This document shows, in pieces, positions 1-7,907 of a DNA stretch of 64,000 nt. The first letter of the stretch is position 1, and every line of letters starts with the position of its first letter. A program made the translations under genes and the position numbers. The notes beneath the pieces are model-generated. The model saw only the letters and a list, made by a program, of their open reading frames with translations, searched no databases and had not been told where the DNA came from. Source of the DNA: a phage; NCBI GenBank assembly GCA_029945195.1, contig GCA_029945195.1_4117.1, one strand, 5' to 3'.

Positions 1-38
1 CCGTATTAAAAAGATCGCAGTACTTGAATAAAAAGTAC

Positions 39-66
39 TTGCAAACTAAGTTTAAACGCGTATAAT
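39..66 (+). promoter_or_regulatory. sigma70-type promoter (TTGCAA-16-TATAAT)
   Basis: -35 TTGCAA 39-44, -10 TATAAT 61-66; AGTACT in -35 flank. Confidence 0.6.
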
Positions 67-78
67 ACTTTATATCAG

Positions 79-97
79 GTGGGGAATAGTTCCCCAC
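79..97 (+). promoter_or_regulatory. 5' leader hairpin GTGGGGAA-TAG-TTCCCCAC
   Basis: perfect 8-bp inverted repeat about 13 nt after -10, upstream of SD AAGGAG 104-109. Confidence 0.6.
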
Positions 98-116
98 TAA
101 AGCAAGGAGTAATAAA

Positions 117-347
117 ATGACCACTATGTATATGATCGAATTGAAAGCCGTAAAAGATACTACCACAAATAAAACTACTTACTTACAGCGGATCTGCGGT
201 GTATGGCAACGTATTAGTAAAGTAAAGTACTATAAATTAACATCATATGCCAATCGTTCGGATTCATTCAGTACTGAAATAAAAGGTAATAAAGTACACC
301 AATACGGCACTTATTATTATTATAACCTGGACGCGATTGCAGTATAA
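117..347 (+). CDS. hypothetical early protein (76 aa)
   Basis: ORF track; SD AAGGAG 7 nt upstream; promoter+hairpin cassette. Confidence 0.6.
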   Translation: MTTMYMIELKAVKDTTTNKTTYLQRICGVWQRISKVKYYKLTSYANRSDSFSTEIKGNKVHQYGTYYYYNLDAIAV

Positions 348-377
348 GTAGTTTACAAATCTTTACAATTGCCAGTA

Positions 378-406
378 TTGACTTATTTTGTCAGTACTGG
401 CATAAT
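378..406 (+). promoter_or_regulatory. promoter TTGACT-17-CATAAT driving short noncoding unit
   Basis: -35 378-383, -10 401-406, CCAGTACTGG palindrome in spacer; conserved motif TAGCCCATAGGGTGCG at 429-444 downstream. Confidence 0.5.
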
Positions 407-521
407 GTATTCATTGGCAGATAAGCCGTAGCCCATAGGGTGCGGAAGTGTATCTATAGAAAAAGTAGTTTAGTACAGTTACAATTGTGCACCCGGTGGG
501 TTAGCTGTTGTCATGGGGTAT

Positions 522-550
522 ATTATACCAGTACTGGATAGTGCTGTCAA
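522..550 (-). promoter_or_regulatory. minus-strand promoter TTGACA-17-TATAAT convergent with 378-406
   Basis: minus-strand -35 at 545-550, -10 at 522-527; minus-strand copy of conserved motif at 488-505. Confidence 0.5.
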
Positions 551-595
551 TACCTTTTTACTATTCAGTACTGAAAACTATTTGATAAAAAGTAC

Positions 596-623
596 TTGCA
601 AACTATGTTTAAAAGCGTATAAT
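596..623 (+). promoter_or_regulatory. sigma70-type promoter (TTGCAA-16-TATAAT)
   Basis: -35 596-601, -10 618-623. Confidence 0.55.
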
Positions 624-630
624 GTTTTAC

Positions 631-705
631 ATCAGGACGGGGAACGAAATAAGTAACTTCCCGTTAAGTAGCCCAGGAGTAAGGCACACGAAAAACTCCC
701 CTGAT
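631..705 (+). ncRNA. conserved ~75-nt structured leader element, copy 1
   Basis: closed by ATCAGG/CCTGAT stem, internal hairpin ACGGGGAA..TTCCCGT; near-identical copy at 9669-9741 with the same flanking promoters. Confidence 0.4.
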
Positions 706-713
706 AAAATAGT

Positions 714-741
714 TTGACAATTGTTTTTAAAAGCGTATAAT
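714..741 (+). promoter_or_regulatory. sigma70-type promoter (TTGACA-16-TATAAT)
   Basis: -35 714-719, -10 736-741. Confidence 0.6.
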
Positions 742-773
742 ACTTACATCAACTACTGAATGAGGGTTACAAA

Positions 774-1385
774 ATGAAAACTATCACTACTACTACTTTC
801 GTTATGGATTTTTCTGAATTGAACGCAGAACAAAAAACGTCAGCTATCGAACTGGTTCGGGAACGTGAAAAAAACTCAAACGACAATTATTTTTCTGAAA
901 GTGAAATTGAATACTATAAAGAAACAGTACTACCGGAATATGGCATTAATGACGCTGAAATACAATTCAGTGGTTTTTGGTCCCAGGGTGACGGTGCATC
1001 AATCAGTACTGACCACGTTGACGCAGTGAAGTTTTTACGCAAGGTTAGAGCGTTAACTAAGTATCGCTCAATCCGTCACCTGCTGAATGAAGATGAATTA
1101 TCTATGAGGGTACAGCGTTCTCAATCCCGCTACTCACACGAAAACACTGTAAGCGGGTACATTGAATCGGGGTACACTGATTTAACAGCAAAACAGGAAG
1201 CGTTAGCCAATGAGCTTGAGGAATTGCTTACTGTTACTATTCGTGAATTATCTCGCAAGTTGTACCGTGATTTAGAGAATGCATATGAGGATCAATTCAC
1301 TACTGAGAACATCACGGCACTGATCGAGGGTAACGAGTATCAATTCAATGTTATTGATGGCGTAGTAGAATCAATCGCATATTAA
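774..1385 (+). CDS. hypothetical protein (203 aa)
   Basis: ORF track; SD GAGGG upstream; promoter 714-741. Confidence 0.65.
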   Translation: MKTITTTTFVMDFSELNAEQKTSAIELVREREKNSNDNYFSESEIEYYKETVLPEYGINDAEIQFSGFWSQGDGASISTDHVDAVKFLRKVRALTKYRSIRHLLNEDELSMRVQRSQSRYSHENTVSGYIESGYTDLTAKQEALANELEELLTVTIRELSRKLYRDLENAYEDQFTTENITALIEGNEYQFNVIDGVVESIAY

Positions 1386-1440
1386 TTTAGTACTGAGATA
1401 ATGGCGGGGAATGGTTCCCGCCTTTACTGAGGATTATCTA

Positions 1441-1647
1441 ATGAGTGATTTAATCGAACGTATCAAAGAGCTTGAAGAAAAAGAATTACAGTTAATCGGA
1501 TTGCGTAATAAAGTTTATTCAGAGCTTGGAGGCTTCATACAGGCTTGGGATAGTGGTGATCCTGATGCTTTACCTGCTAACCGCCAGGCGATGATCAATG
1601 ATGTGAGAAGTGTCTTTGATTATGTTTTAAAAAGTACTGGACACTAA
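1441..1647 (+). CDS. hypothetical protein (68 aa)
   Basis: track ORF 1411-1647 trimmed to ATG 1441: SD GAGGA 1428-1432; upstream in-frame ATG lies in hairpin 1403-1422. Confidence 0.5.
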   Translation: MSDLIERIKELEEKELQLIGLRNKVYSELGGFIQAWDSGDPDALPANRQAMINDVRSVFDYVLKSTGH

Positions 1648-1717
1648 GCAATAAAGGCGTATAATACTTTATATCGAGAGCGGGAATAGTTCCCGCTACT
1701 AATGAGGAATACTACAA

Positions 1718-1882
1718 ATGAATACTTTTACCTTCGCTCAATTGAACGCCCTGGATGTATTGTCTGATGCTTTGCGGGATGCAACTGAAAGCGGTTTATT
1801 TGACAATGTTGACATTCACCCTGATGTAATTAATAATTTTTGTGATGCTATCGCAGAAGTACTGGAAGATCTAAAAAAATAA
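1718..1882 (+). CDS. hypothetical small protein (54 aa, not in track)
   Basis: hand-translated; -10 TATAAT 1660-1665, hairpin 1679-1697, SD GAGGA 1704-1708. Confidence 0.5.
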   Translation: MNTFTFAQLNALDVLSDALRDATESGLFDNVDIHPDVINNFCDAIAEVLEDLKK

Positions 1883-1892
1883 TAGAAAGTAC

Positions 1893-1920
1893 TTGCAATT
1901 AGTTTTTAGTACTGTATAAT
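1893..1920 (+). promoter_or_regulatory. sigma70-type promoter (TTGCAA-16-TATAAT)
   Basis: -35 1893-1898, -10 1915-1920; AGTACTG immediately before -10. Confidence 0.6.
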
Positions 1921-1932
1921 AGTTTACATAGA

Positions 1933-1952
1933 GGGGAGAAATGGTTCTCCCT
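1933..1952 (+). promoter_or_regulatory. 5' leader hairpin GGGAGAA-ATGG-TTCTCCC
   Basis: inverted repeat between -10 and SD. Confidence 0.55.
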
Positions 1953-1970
1953 GGTAATGAGGAAAATAAA

Positions 1971-2192
1971 ATGGCTAATATCACTACTCTTTCTCAACTG
2001 GAAGCACTGGTTAAATCTATGCGGGAACATGCCGACAATATCGGCGTAAAAGATCCAGCCGTTTGCTTCTGCGACGAAATGAATGATGATACACTGGTAA
2101 TAGCAGAAGTACAAGATATTTCTAACTATTCATCGCGTTACACTGGCGGCGTAGCAAATAAAGGTGACTTCTGTTTATACCTTACCAAATAA
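1971..2192 (+). CDS. hypothetical protein (73 aa)
   Basis: track ORF 1941-2192 trimmed to ATG 1971 (SD GAGGA 1959-1963); upstream ATG sits in hairpin loop. Confidence 0.55.
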   Translation: MANITTLSQLEALVKSMREHADNIGVKDPAVCFCDEMNDDTLVIAEVQDISNYSSRYTGGVANKGDFCLYLTK

Positions 2193-2197
2193 CAACG

Positions 2198-2227
2198 CGG
2201 GGAGATAATAACTCCCCGTTACTTTTT
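2198..2227. terminator. rho-independent terminator-like hairpin (possibly bidirectional)
   Basis: CGGGGAG/CTCCCCG stem, then TTACTTTTT; also 3' of the minus-strand short unit. Confidence 0.5.
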
Positions 2228-2298
2228 CAGTACTGAATCATTTAATAGACGGATCTATGCACCCTGTGGGTTAGTGACTGTATCGTCTTTATGTAGTA

Positions 2299-2327
2299 AT
2301 TATGCCAGTACTGGATGCAGTTGTCAA
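2299..2327 (-). promoter_or_regulatory. minus-strand promoter TTGACA-17-CATAAT driving short noncoding unit
   Basis: minus -35 at 2322-2327, -10 at 2299-2304; conserved motif copy (minus) at 2258-2274. Confidence 0.5.
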
Positions 2328-2360
2328 CAATTATTTTTCAAATACTTTTTATTAAAATAC

Positions 2361-2388
2361 TTGCTATTAGTTTTTAAACGCGTATAAT
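2361..2388 (+). promoter_or_regulatory. sigma70-type promoter (TTGCTA-16-TATAAT)
   Basis: -35 2361-2366, -10 2383-2388; hairpin 2398-2416 follows. Confidence 0.55.
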
Positions 2389-2436
2389 GTTTTGCATAGG
2401 GGGAGCGGTTCCCCCTGGTAACTAAGGAATAAGAAA

Positions 2437-2673
2437 ATGCTTGAACAAATCAAATCAACGTCTGCTAATGTAACGGGAACGGTATCACACTTTATTGGTG
2501 ATGAATCGCGGGGCGTTCCCTATTGTGCTGTACATGTAAACACTGAGGGTAACTACTGGTTTACGGTTTACGGTTCATATTCATTTGGACGGCCAGGGCA
2601 TCAAAAAATTCTGGATAAAGTACAACCAACGGGTAAAAATATCACTGCCGAAATGTTTTATAAAAAATCATAA
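2437..2673 (+). CDS. hypothetical protein (78 aa)
   Basis: ORF track; SD AAGGA; promoter+hairpin cassette. Confidence 0.6.
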   Translation: MLEQIKSTSANVTGTVSHFIGDESRGVPYCAVHVNTEGNYWFTVYGSYSFGRPGHQKILDKVQPTGKNITAEMFYKKS

Positions 2674-2757
2674 AGTACTTGCAATTAGTTTTTAGTACTG
2701 TACAATATTTTACATCGCACGGGGGAGCGGTTCCCCCTGGTAACTAAGGATAATCAA

Positions 2758-3057
2758 ATGAAAATTGCAATCATCGCCCTGGCTTTATCTGTTTCCTCTT
2801 TCGCTGTTAACGCGTCGTTAGATGTACCTAGTGAAAAATTCATTCAGTGTACTGTTGCGATGACAGATGAAAGTACTGGCGAGATTGTTTTAAAGGATTT
2901 AGAGATCCAGCCAGAAGCATTTAAAAGCGGCCCGTTCCATGAAGAAGACGAAAAAGGTAGCACGACAATTTATTACGATGTAAGTACTAAGCGTGGATCG
3001 GTCACGGTTATGGATACTGAGAAAGTAACGCACACCGGAGTAATTAACTGTTTATAA
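2758..3057 (+). CDS. small secreted/periplasmic protein (99 aa)
   Basis: N-terminus MKIAIIALALSVSSFAVNAS is signal-peptide-like; SD AAGGA; promoter+hairpin upstream. Confidence 0.6.
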   Translation: MKIAIIALALSVSSFAVNASLDVPSEKFIQCTVAMTDESTGEIVLKDLEIQPEAFKSGPFHEEDEKGSTTIYYDVSTKRGSVTVMDTEKVTHTGVINCL

Positions 3058-3074
3058 TATAGTACTGAATCACT

Positions 3075-3103
3075 AGCCCACCTTAAACAGTGGGCTTTTT
3101 TGT
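3075..3103 (+). terminator. rho-independent terminator
   Basis: AGCCCAC-loop-GTGGGCT then TTTTTTG; exact duplicate at 3810-3837. Confidence 0.7.
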
Positions 3104-3305
3104 TTTTGTATTATCGTAGTACTGCATACTTTAAAAATAGTTTTAAAATAGTAGTTGACATTACCACAAAAAGGCGTAGAATGTATTACATCAAGACGGG
3201 GAGCACTAAGTAGACCGCCAGTAAGTCGAACGAAAAACTGGACACGTCGATAAAACTTTGATACACTAATAAACGTAAACTAAACTTTAATTGAGGATTT
3301 ATAAA

Positions 3306-3788
3306 ATGGCTAATGTAAAATCATTCCTGAAAGCACTGATTTCAAACGATACTGTTATTGCTGCTGAATTGTTGGCTGACCTGGATAACGATACCATGAA
3401 AGCAGTACGCAACAATTTTAACATTGCGTACAGTGAAGCTAAAGAACTGCAAGCCAAAAAGGTAGCAGAACTGGAAGAACAGAAAAAAGCCCGTGAAGCC
3501 GAACTGCAAGCAACAATCGAAAGTATCCAGGCGGCGGTGGCTGGATTGGATCTGGAAGTAGTTGTAGAAATGGCACATAAAGCCCTGGCGGTTAAGTATG
3601 GTGAAGATAAGCCAGAATCTAAACCTAAAAAATGGATTCAAGAACGTGTTACTGTAGTACTTGATAACGGGGAAGAACATATGATTCCTGTACGCGGTAA
3701 CTGCATTGCGGTAGTACTGGACGCTATCAAAGAAAGCGGTATGACTCGCGAGGAATGGATCGAAGCTCATCGCAAAGTTGAAGCATAA
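3306..3788 (+). CDS. hypothetical charged, helix-rich protein (160 aa)
   Basis: track ORF 3291-3788 trimmed to ATG 3306 (SD GAGGA); K/E/A-rich. Confidence 0.55.
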   Translation: MANVKSFLKALISNDTVIAAELLADLDNDTMKAVRNNFNIAYSEAKELQAKKVAELEEQKKAREAELQATIESIQAAVAGLDLEVVVEMAHKALAVKYGEDKPESKPKKWIQERVTVVLDNGEEHMIPVRGNCIAVVLDAIKESGMTREEWIEAHRKVEA

Positions 3789-3809
3789 CAATTAAAGTAC
3801 TGAATCACT

Positions 3810-3837
3810 AGCCCACCTTAAACAGTGGGCTTTTTTG
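3810..3837 (+). terminator. rho-independent terminator
   Basis: same AGCCCACCTTAAACAGTGGGCTTTTTT as 3075-3103. Confidence 0.7.
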
Positions 3838-3855
3838 TGTCTGTAGTATTCCAGT

Positions 3856-3955
3856 CCACCAGCACCGCCTAGAATCGATTCTAACGCATTAAACTGATTA
3901 TCTGATACATCGCCCTAGCTGGTGGCGTTAAGGTCGTTAGAATGCGATTGAGAGC
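3856..3955. repeat. interleaved inverted repeats containing Chi and its complement
   Basis: CCACCAGC 3856-3863 vs GCTGGTGG 3918-3925; ...AATCGATTCTAACGCATT 3874-3890 vs CGTTAGAATGCGATTGAG 3935-3952. Confidence 0.5.
3918..3925 (+). other. Chi site GCTGGTGG
   Basis: exact E. coli Chi octamer, intergenic. Confidence 0.6.
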
Positions 3956-4073
3956 GTTTAAATTATTTTGCAAAAAGTAATAAAAAGTACTTGCACGATT
4001 AAGAGATTAGCGTATAATGTTTTACATCGAGAGGGGGAAACGGTTCTCCTTCCAAATCAAAGGAATCAAAACA

Positions 4074-4301
4074 ATGGCTATTATCATTACTCGCGTATCT
4101 GGTACTACTGGCAACGAACAAGTAGTTGCAGTCATTACGAACAAGGCAGGTGCGGAATTGCAAAATGCAATGAATACCTGGGCCGTTAATGAGTTCGGTC
4201 AGTGGGCAAGTGTAGCATACATTGAAACCTATCAAGTGCCGACCATTAGTTTAACGGATCTTGGTGTGGAACGTATCCTTTGCCTGGATGAATTAAATTA
4301 A
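4074..4301 (+). CDS. hypothetical protein (75 aa)
   Basis: track ORF 4017-4301 trimmed to ATG 4074 (SD AAAGGA); MAII N-terminus shared with 4388 and 7178 genes. Confidence 0.55.
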   Translation: MAIIITRVSGTTGNEQVVAVITNKAGAELQNAMNTWAVNEFGQWASVAYIETYQVPTISLTDLGVERILCLDELN

Positions 4302-4387
4302 AAAAAGTACTTGCAAAGTAAATCGAATAAAGTATAATACATTACATCAAGGGGAGAAATGATTCTCCCCACTACAAGGAAACTAAA

Positions 4388-4600
4388 ATGGCTATCATTA
4401 CTAAAATCAAAGTTAACAAGACTATCGTTAAACTGGCAGAAGTGAAAGAAGGTTATAAAGTATCTTGGTGCGGTATGTATCGGACGTTCGCAGATATAGA
4501 TGATGCGATCAATTATTACAGTGACACGGTTAAAAACTTTGTTCGTGCTGATGTGGTTATGGCAGTGGCAACATATAAAGCAGCGAAAGAAAGTAAGTAA
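4388..4600 (+). CDS. hypothetical protein (70 aa)
   Basis: ORF track; promoter + hairpin 4351-4370 + SD AAGGA. Confidence 0.6.
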   Translation: MAIITKIKVNKTIVKLAEVKEGYKVSWCGMYRTFADIDDAINYYSDTVKNFVRADVVMAVATYKAAKESK

Positions 4601-4691
4601 AAATATTATCACAGTACTATTGACATAGTTTGATAGTACTGGCATAATAGATTTTATCAAGACGACACATATTAATTTAAGGAATACTAAA

Positions 4692-5015
4692 ATGGCTAAA
4701 ACTATCATCAACACCGTTTCCCTGGCTGCAATCCATGCAATCAATGTTGACGGTAAACGTTGGACTGATTCATATGGCAATACTTATCATTCTTGTCATG
4801 TAAGCGTTGAACTGGATAACGGCTTGAATGATCTGGCGGTTGAATCATTTACTTATGGCTATGAGGATGCATATCAACAAACGGCGGTATCACTCTTAAA
4901 GGAATCAGTAGACGGGCTTGATACTGTTGAAACCTCCCTCTATCGTTTGTGCAATGATCTTAATATCCCGTTGCATTGTACTGTACAGAATGTTAAACGC
5001 AAAAAAGATCTTTAA
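4692..5015 (+). CDS. hypothetical protein (107 aa), paralog of 10461-10784
   Basis: shares RWTDSxGNTYHSC..FTYGY..RKKD with 10461 ORF; promoter ATTGACA..CATAAT upstream. Confidence 0.65.
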   Translation: MAKTIINTVSLAAIHAINVDGKRWTDSYGNTYHSCHVSVELDNGLNDLAVESFTYGYEDAYQQTAVSLLKESVDGLDTVETSLYRLCNDLNIPLHCTVQNVKRKKDL

Positions 5016-5095
5016 TTAGCTTTACTTTATGCAGATACTTTGATATAGTGTCTGCATAGGAGAAAGAAATTAAATCAACTTAAGAGGATAGTAAA

Positions 5096-5365
5096 ATGAA
5101 AAATATCAGTACTTTAATCGATGCAGGTACACATGTTCGTCGGTCTATGGTTGCAACCAGTTCTACAAAACAAGTACCAAGCGGTTATCTTGTATTTGTG
5201 CACGATGGAAAACTCCTGGAACGTTCAATCAATTTTGATGTTAAAAACAATTGCCGTTTTATTATCTTTCGCCGTGAACAATATAAAATTGATTTGCCAG
5301 CGAAGCCCATTAGCGGGGCGTACAACGTGCAATCATTGTTTGAGCGTCAACCATACACCTATTGA
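5096..5365 (+). CDS. hypothetical protein (89 aa)
   Basis: ORF track; SD AGAGGA 8 nt upstream. Confidence 0.5.
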   Translation: MKNISTLIDAGTHVRRSMVATSSTKQVPSGYLVFVHDGKLLERSINFDVKNNCRFIIFRREQYKIDLPAKPISGAYNVQSLFERQPYTY

Positions 5366-5416
5366 TCAAATCATCGTCAGTGGTCGATTTAGGCCGCTTA
5401 TATTGGGGATTATACC

Positions 5417-5785
5417 ATGAACGTTAATCAAGTACTGAATGAGATCGAAAGCATCATTAAACCGATGAAGCGTACTGATGCTATGTTAACACCGGAAGAA
5501 TGCCGCCTTTATGAGCGTTACAGCGTCGAACAAGTCCAGGCAATGGCTAGTATCCTTCCGGTTAGTAGTACTGCTAAAGGTGGCCCAGGTTTAACCGTAC
5601 AGGATAAAATCGATCTCCTTAAGCTCAATGGCTATGTAGTTGATGTCGATAAAGAAAAAGTAATGGTATATGATAGTAGTATTGAGCAAGACTATTATAA
5701 CTATTGCATGATTGAAAATGATCCTATTGATTCTATCATTGAAAATATGGTTAACAAAGCATTAAAAGATTTAGATTTAGTTTGA
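5417..5785 (+). CDS. hypothetical protein (122 aa)
   Basis: ORF track. Confidence 0.55.
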   Translation: MNVNQVLNEIESIIKPMKRTDAMLTPEECRLYERYSVEQVQAMASILPVSSTAKGGPGLTVQDKIDLLKLNGYVVDVDKEKVMVYDSSIEQDYYNYCMIENDPIDSIIENMVNKALKDLDLV

Positions 5786-5859
5786 CAGTACTGTAAAAAG
5801 GCGTATAATGTTTTACATAGAGGGGGGAAATGGTTCTCCCCAATAACAGGAGATACAAA

Positions 5860-6012
5860 ATGAAACAATACAACGCTCGGTTTGATGTTACTATCGGTAA
5901 CGGCAAAGGTCAATTCTCTTTCAGTACTCGACGCAGTTATACAGAAAACTTCCTGCGTAATTGTGCACTGACCGCCGCACAAATTAAACATTACTTTCAG
6001 GCTAAAAAATGA
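5860..6012 (+). CDS. hypothetical small protein (50 aa)
   Basis: track ORF 5830-6012 trimmed to ATG 5860 (SD AGGAG); hairpin about 5820-5842 upstream. Confidence 0.5.
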   Translation: MKQYNARFDVTIGNGKGQFSFSTRRSYTENFLRNCALTAAQIKHYFQAKK

Positions 6013-6098
6013 AATCATTAGCTTATTACAGTTCGGCCCTGGTCGGTGCATTGATCGCGGCGTTGTTAGTAACCTATCTATTCTTTATGGTGATTTAA
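6009..6098 (+). CDS. small hydrophobic membrane peptide (29 aa, not in track)
   Basis: hand-translated MKSLAYYSSALVGALIAALLVTYLFFMVI; ATGA overlap with upstream gene. Confidence 0.4.
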   Translation: MKSLAYYSSALVGALIAALLVTYLFFMVI

Positions 6099-6233
6099 AT
6101 GAATCCTAACGGTATAGTTTACAGTACTCCTAAAACTAAAGCAGATAAAGCTAAAGCACGTAAAGCGAAAGTACAGGAATACATCAAGCAAGGCATGACA
6201 CGAAAGGCCGCAGTACTTAAAGCTAAAAAATAA
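6099..6233 (+). CDS. small basic peptide (44 aa, not in track)
   Basis: hand-translated, lysine-rich; start abuts upstream stop. Confidence 0.4.
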   Translation: MNPNGIVYSTPKTKADKAKARKAKVQEYIKQGMTRKAAVLKAKK

Positions 6234-6237
6234 ATGA

Positions 6238-6314
6238 AAAAAGTGGTTGACTTCGGTCAGCCATTTTGCTATTATATATTCATTGAGAGATAGCTCACTA
6301 GCCCACAGGGTGCA
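6238..6314 (+). repeat. composite intergenic repeat, copy A
   Basis: hairpin 6238-6267 with embedded TTGACT 6247-6252 and TATTAT 6270-6275; conserved motif CTAGCCCACAGGGTGCA 6298-6314. Confidence 0.6.
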
Positions 6315-6368
6315 GGAGTGTATCTATTGTATAATGTTTGAGTACTGAAAACTATTTTTAAAAAGTAC

Positions 6369-6396
6369 TTGCAAACTATCTCAATAAGCGTATAAT
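6369..6396 (+). promoter_or_regulatory. sigma70-type promoter (TTGCAA-16-TATAAT)
   Basis: -35 6369-6374, -10 6391-6396; hairpin 6410-6428. Confidence 0.6.
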
Positions 6397-6447
6397 GTTT
6401 TACATCGAAAGGGGAAACGGTTTCCCCTGGTAATAAGGAAACAAATC

Positions 6448-6789
6448 ATGACTATCTCAATTGCTCAATCTAACTTTGAAAATGAAATCATCGCCCAGGC
6501 ACTGCGTTTAAATGATGGTCGGGCCGAAATTAATTACGGTTTCAATTCAGGCGGTTGCGAAAAATATCAGTACTTTACAACGGCTGATGGCTGTGTCCTG
6601 GGCATCAATACAGTTATTGTAAACATTCAGAAAATTAATTTCAATGATCCAGACGATAGCCAGTTTTACATTGTAGGCGTAGACGTGAATTATGAGGATG
6701 ATTCACTAACTGATGATCACACTGGCGAGAAGTTAGAAAGTGCATACGGTGAAGATGATTATCAGTCAGTACCGGAAGATTTTGAATAA
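6448..6789 (+). CDS. hypothetical acidic protein (113 aa)
   Basis: ORF track; SD AAGGA; promoter+hairpin cassette. Confidence 0.6.
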   Translation: MTISIAQSNFENEIIAQALRLNDGRAEINYGFNSGGCEKYQYFTTADGCVLGINTVIVNIQKINFNDPDDSQFYIVGVDVNYEDDSLTDDHTGEKLESAYGEDDYQSVPEDFE

Positions 6790-6882
6790 TATTAAAAAAT
6801 AGTTTGACAATAGATTATAGTACTGTATAATAGTTTACATCAAGGGGAGAATAGTTCTCCCCACTAACAGAGAGAAAACAAA

Positions 6883-7095
6883 ATGGCTAATATCTGCACT
6901 GCTCTGAAAAATGCAAAACAAGTTTTATTTTCTGATCACGATCATTTAAACAAGGATATTACTGGCGTTCGGAATATCAAAGATGTAAAAAGTGTTATGG
7001 GTATCTATTGCAATATGAAACGTGTTGGAACGTTCGGCGACAAAGTACTATACCAGGCAGGGGATTACAATTTTACACTGACGATCATTAACTAA
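6883..7095 (+). CDS. hypothetical protein (70 aa)
   Basis: ORF track; hairpin 6844-6862 upstream. Confidence 0.6.
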   Translation: MANICTALKNAKQVLFSDHDHLNKDITGVRNIKDVKSVMGIYCNMKRVGTFGDKVLYQAGDYNFTLTIIN

Positions 7096-7177
7096 AAATA
7101 TTATCACAGTACTATTGACATAGTTTGATAGTACTGACATAATAACTTTTATCAACTACACTACTAAGGAATTAAAA

Positions 7178-7357
7178 ATGGCTATCATCGCAAAAACTGA
7201 AATCATCGGCCTGGATTCTATCATCATGACGTTTGAAGATCAAAAAGGTATGTATGTAGTTTCATATGGTGATTATGTTCGGGAGTATGAAACGGTAGAC
7301 GAAGCCTTTGAAAGTTACATTCGCCAGGTGAATAAAGCATACGACGACTACCGCTAA
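7178..7357 (+). CDS. hypothetical small protein (59 aa, not in track)
   Basis: hand-translated MAIIAKTEIIG...; promoter ATTGACA..CATAAT and SD AAGGA upstream. Confidence 0.5.
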   Translation: MAIIAKTEIIGLDSIIMTFEDQKGMYVVSYGDYVREYETVDEAFESYIRQVNKAYDDYR

Positions 7358-7456
7358 AATATATTACCAGTACTATTAAAGATATTGACAACGTTTGATA
7401 GTACTGTATAATAAGTTTTATAAACAGTAGTTAACTTAACCTAAGAGAGAAACAAA

Positions 7457-7600
7457 ATGATCGCACTGGATTCATTCATCGACGCAGTACTGGCAAAAAC
7501 TGGCGAGGATCTTACCGCAGAACAATACGCGATGATCGAACAATGTCAACAGGACGGTAAATCGGTGAAAGATACTGTTAAGATTATCCGCAAGATGTAA
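7457..7600 (+). CDS. hypothetical small protein (47 aa, not in track)
   Basis: hand-translated; promoter TTGACA..TATAAT and SD AGAGAGA upstream. Confidence 0.45.
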   Translation: MIALDSFIDAVLAKTGEDLTAEQYAMIEQCQQDGKSVKDTVKIIRKM

Positions 7601-7606
7601 GATTAT

Positions 7607-7634
7607 AGCCCACTGGTTAACGCTGGTGGGCTTT
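7607..7634 (+). terminator. terminator-like hairpin containing Chi
   Basis: AGCCCAC/GTGGGCT stem 7607-7613/7626-7632 with Chi 7622-7629 spanning loop and 3' arm; weak T tract. Confidence 0.45.
7622..7629 (+). other. Chi site GCTGGTGG
   Basis: exact octamer. Confidence 0.6.
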
Positions 7635-7699
7635 AATTCATTACCCTATACAATGCCAGTACTAAACCGTTTATCTCGTTAGAATGCGTTACAGGACGT

Positions 7700-7903
7700 T
7701 TGACAATGATTAGCATGAAATCAGTACAAAAACAAATAGAAACATTATCAAAAATTAAACGTAAACAGTACTCCTTAGAATATACAATCAATGGTAACTA
7801 TCATCTAATGAAAGAAAATAATTTTATAGTCATTGATGAATCATTGCAAATCATTAGTATAGTACTGAAAGCATTAATCAATGACAGAAAAAAATTAAAA
7901 TAA
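7700..7903 (+). CDS. hypothetical protein (67 aa)
   Basis: ORF track; AT-rich, no strong SD. Confidence 0.35.
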   Translation: MTMISMKSVQKQIETLSKIKRKQYSLEYTINGNYHLMKENNFIVIDESLQIISIVLKALINDRKKLK

Positions 7904-7907
7904 TCTA

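Noticed and set aside
631-705. tRNA gene
   Set aside because: The 75-nt element has a closing stem but no D/T-arm architecture or conserved T-loop sequence; no convincing tRNA seen elsewhere in the window.
1411-1440. Upstream in-frame ATGs used by the track (for example 1411, 1941, 4017, 5830, 12957, 14155, 15687)
   Set aside because: These ATGs fall inside or before the 5' leader hairpins and ahead of the SD; the downstream ATG with correct SD spacing was used instead.
3342-3791. Minus-strand ORFs in the track (3342-3791, 4298-4780, 13604-13924, 33799-34251 and others)
   Set aside because: Each lies antisense inside a + strand gene that has a promoter and SD; none has its own SD or promoter, and translations are low-complexity. 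The window appears entirely + strand coding.
5121-5420. Alternative-frame ORF overlapping 5096-5365
   Set aside because: No SD; the overlapping frame at 5096 has AGAGGA at proper spacing.
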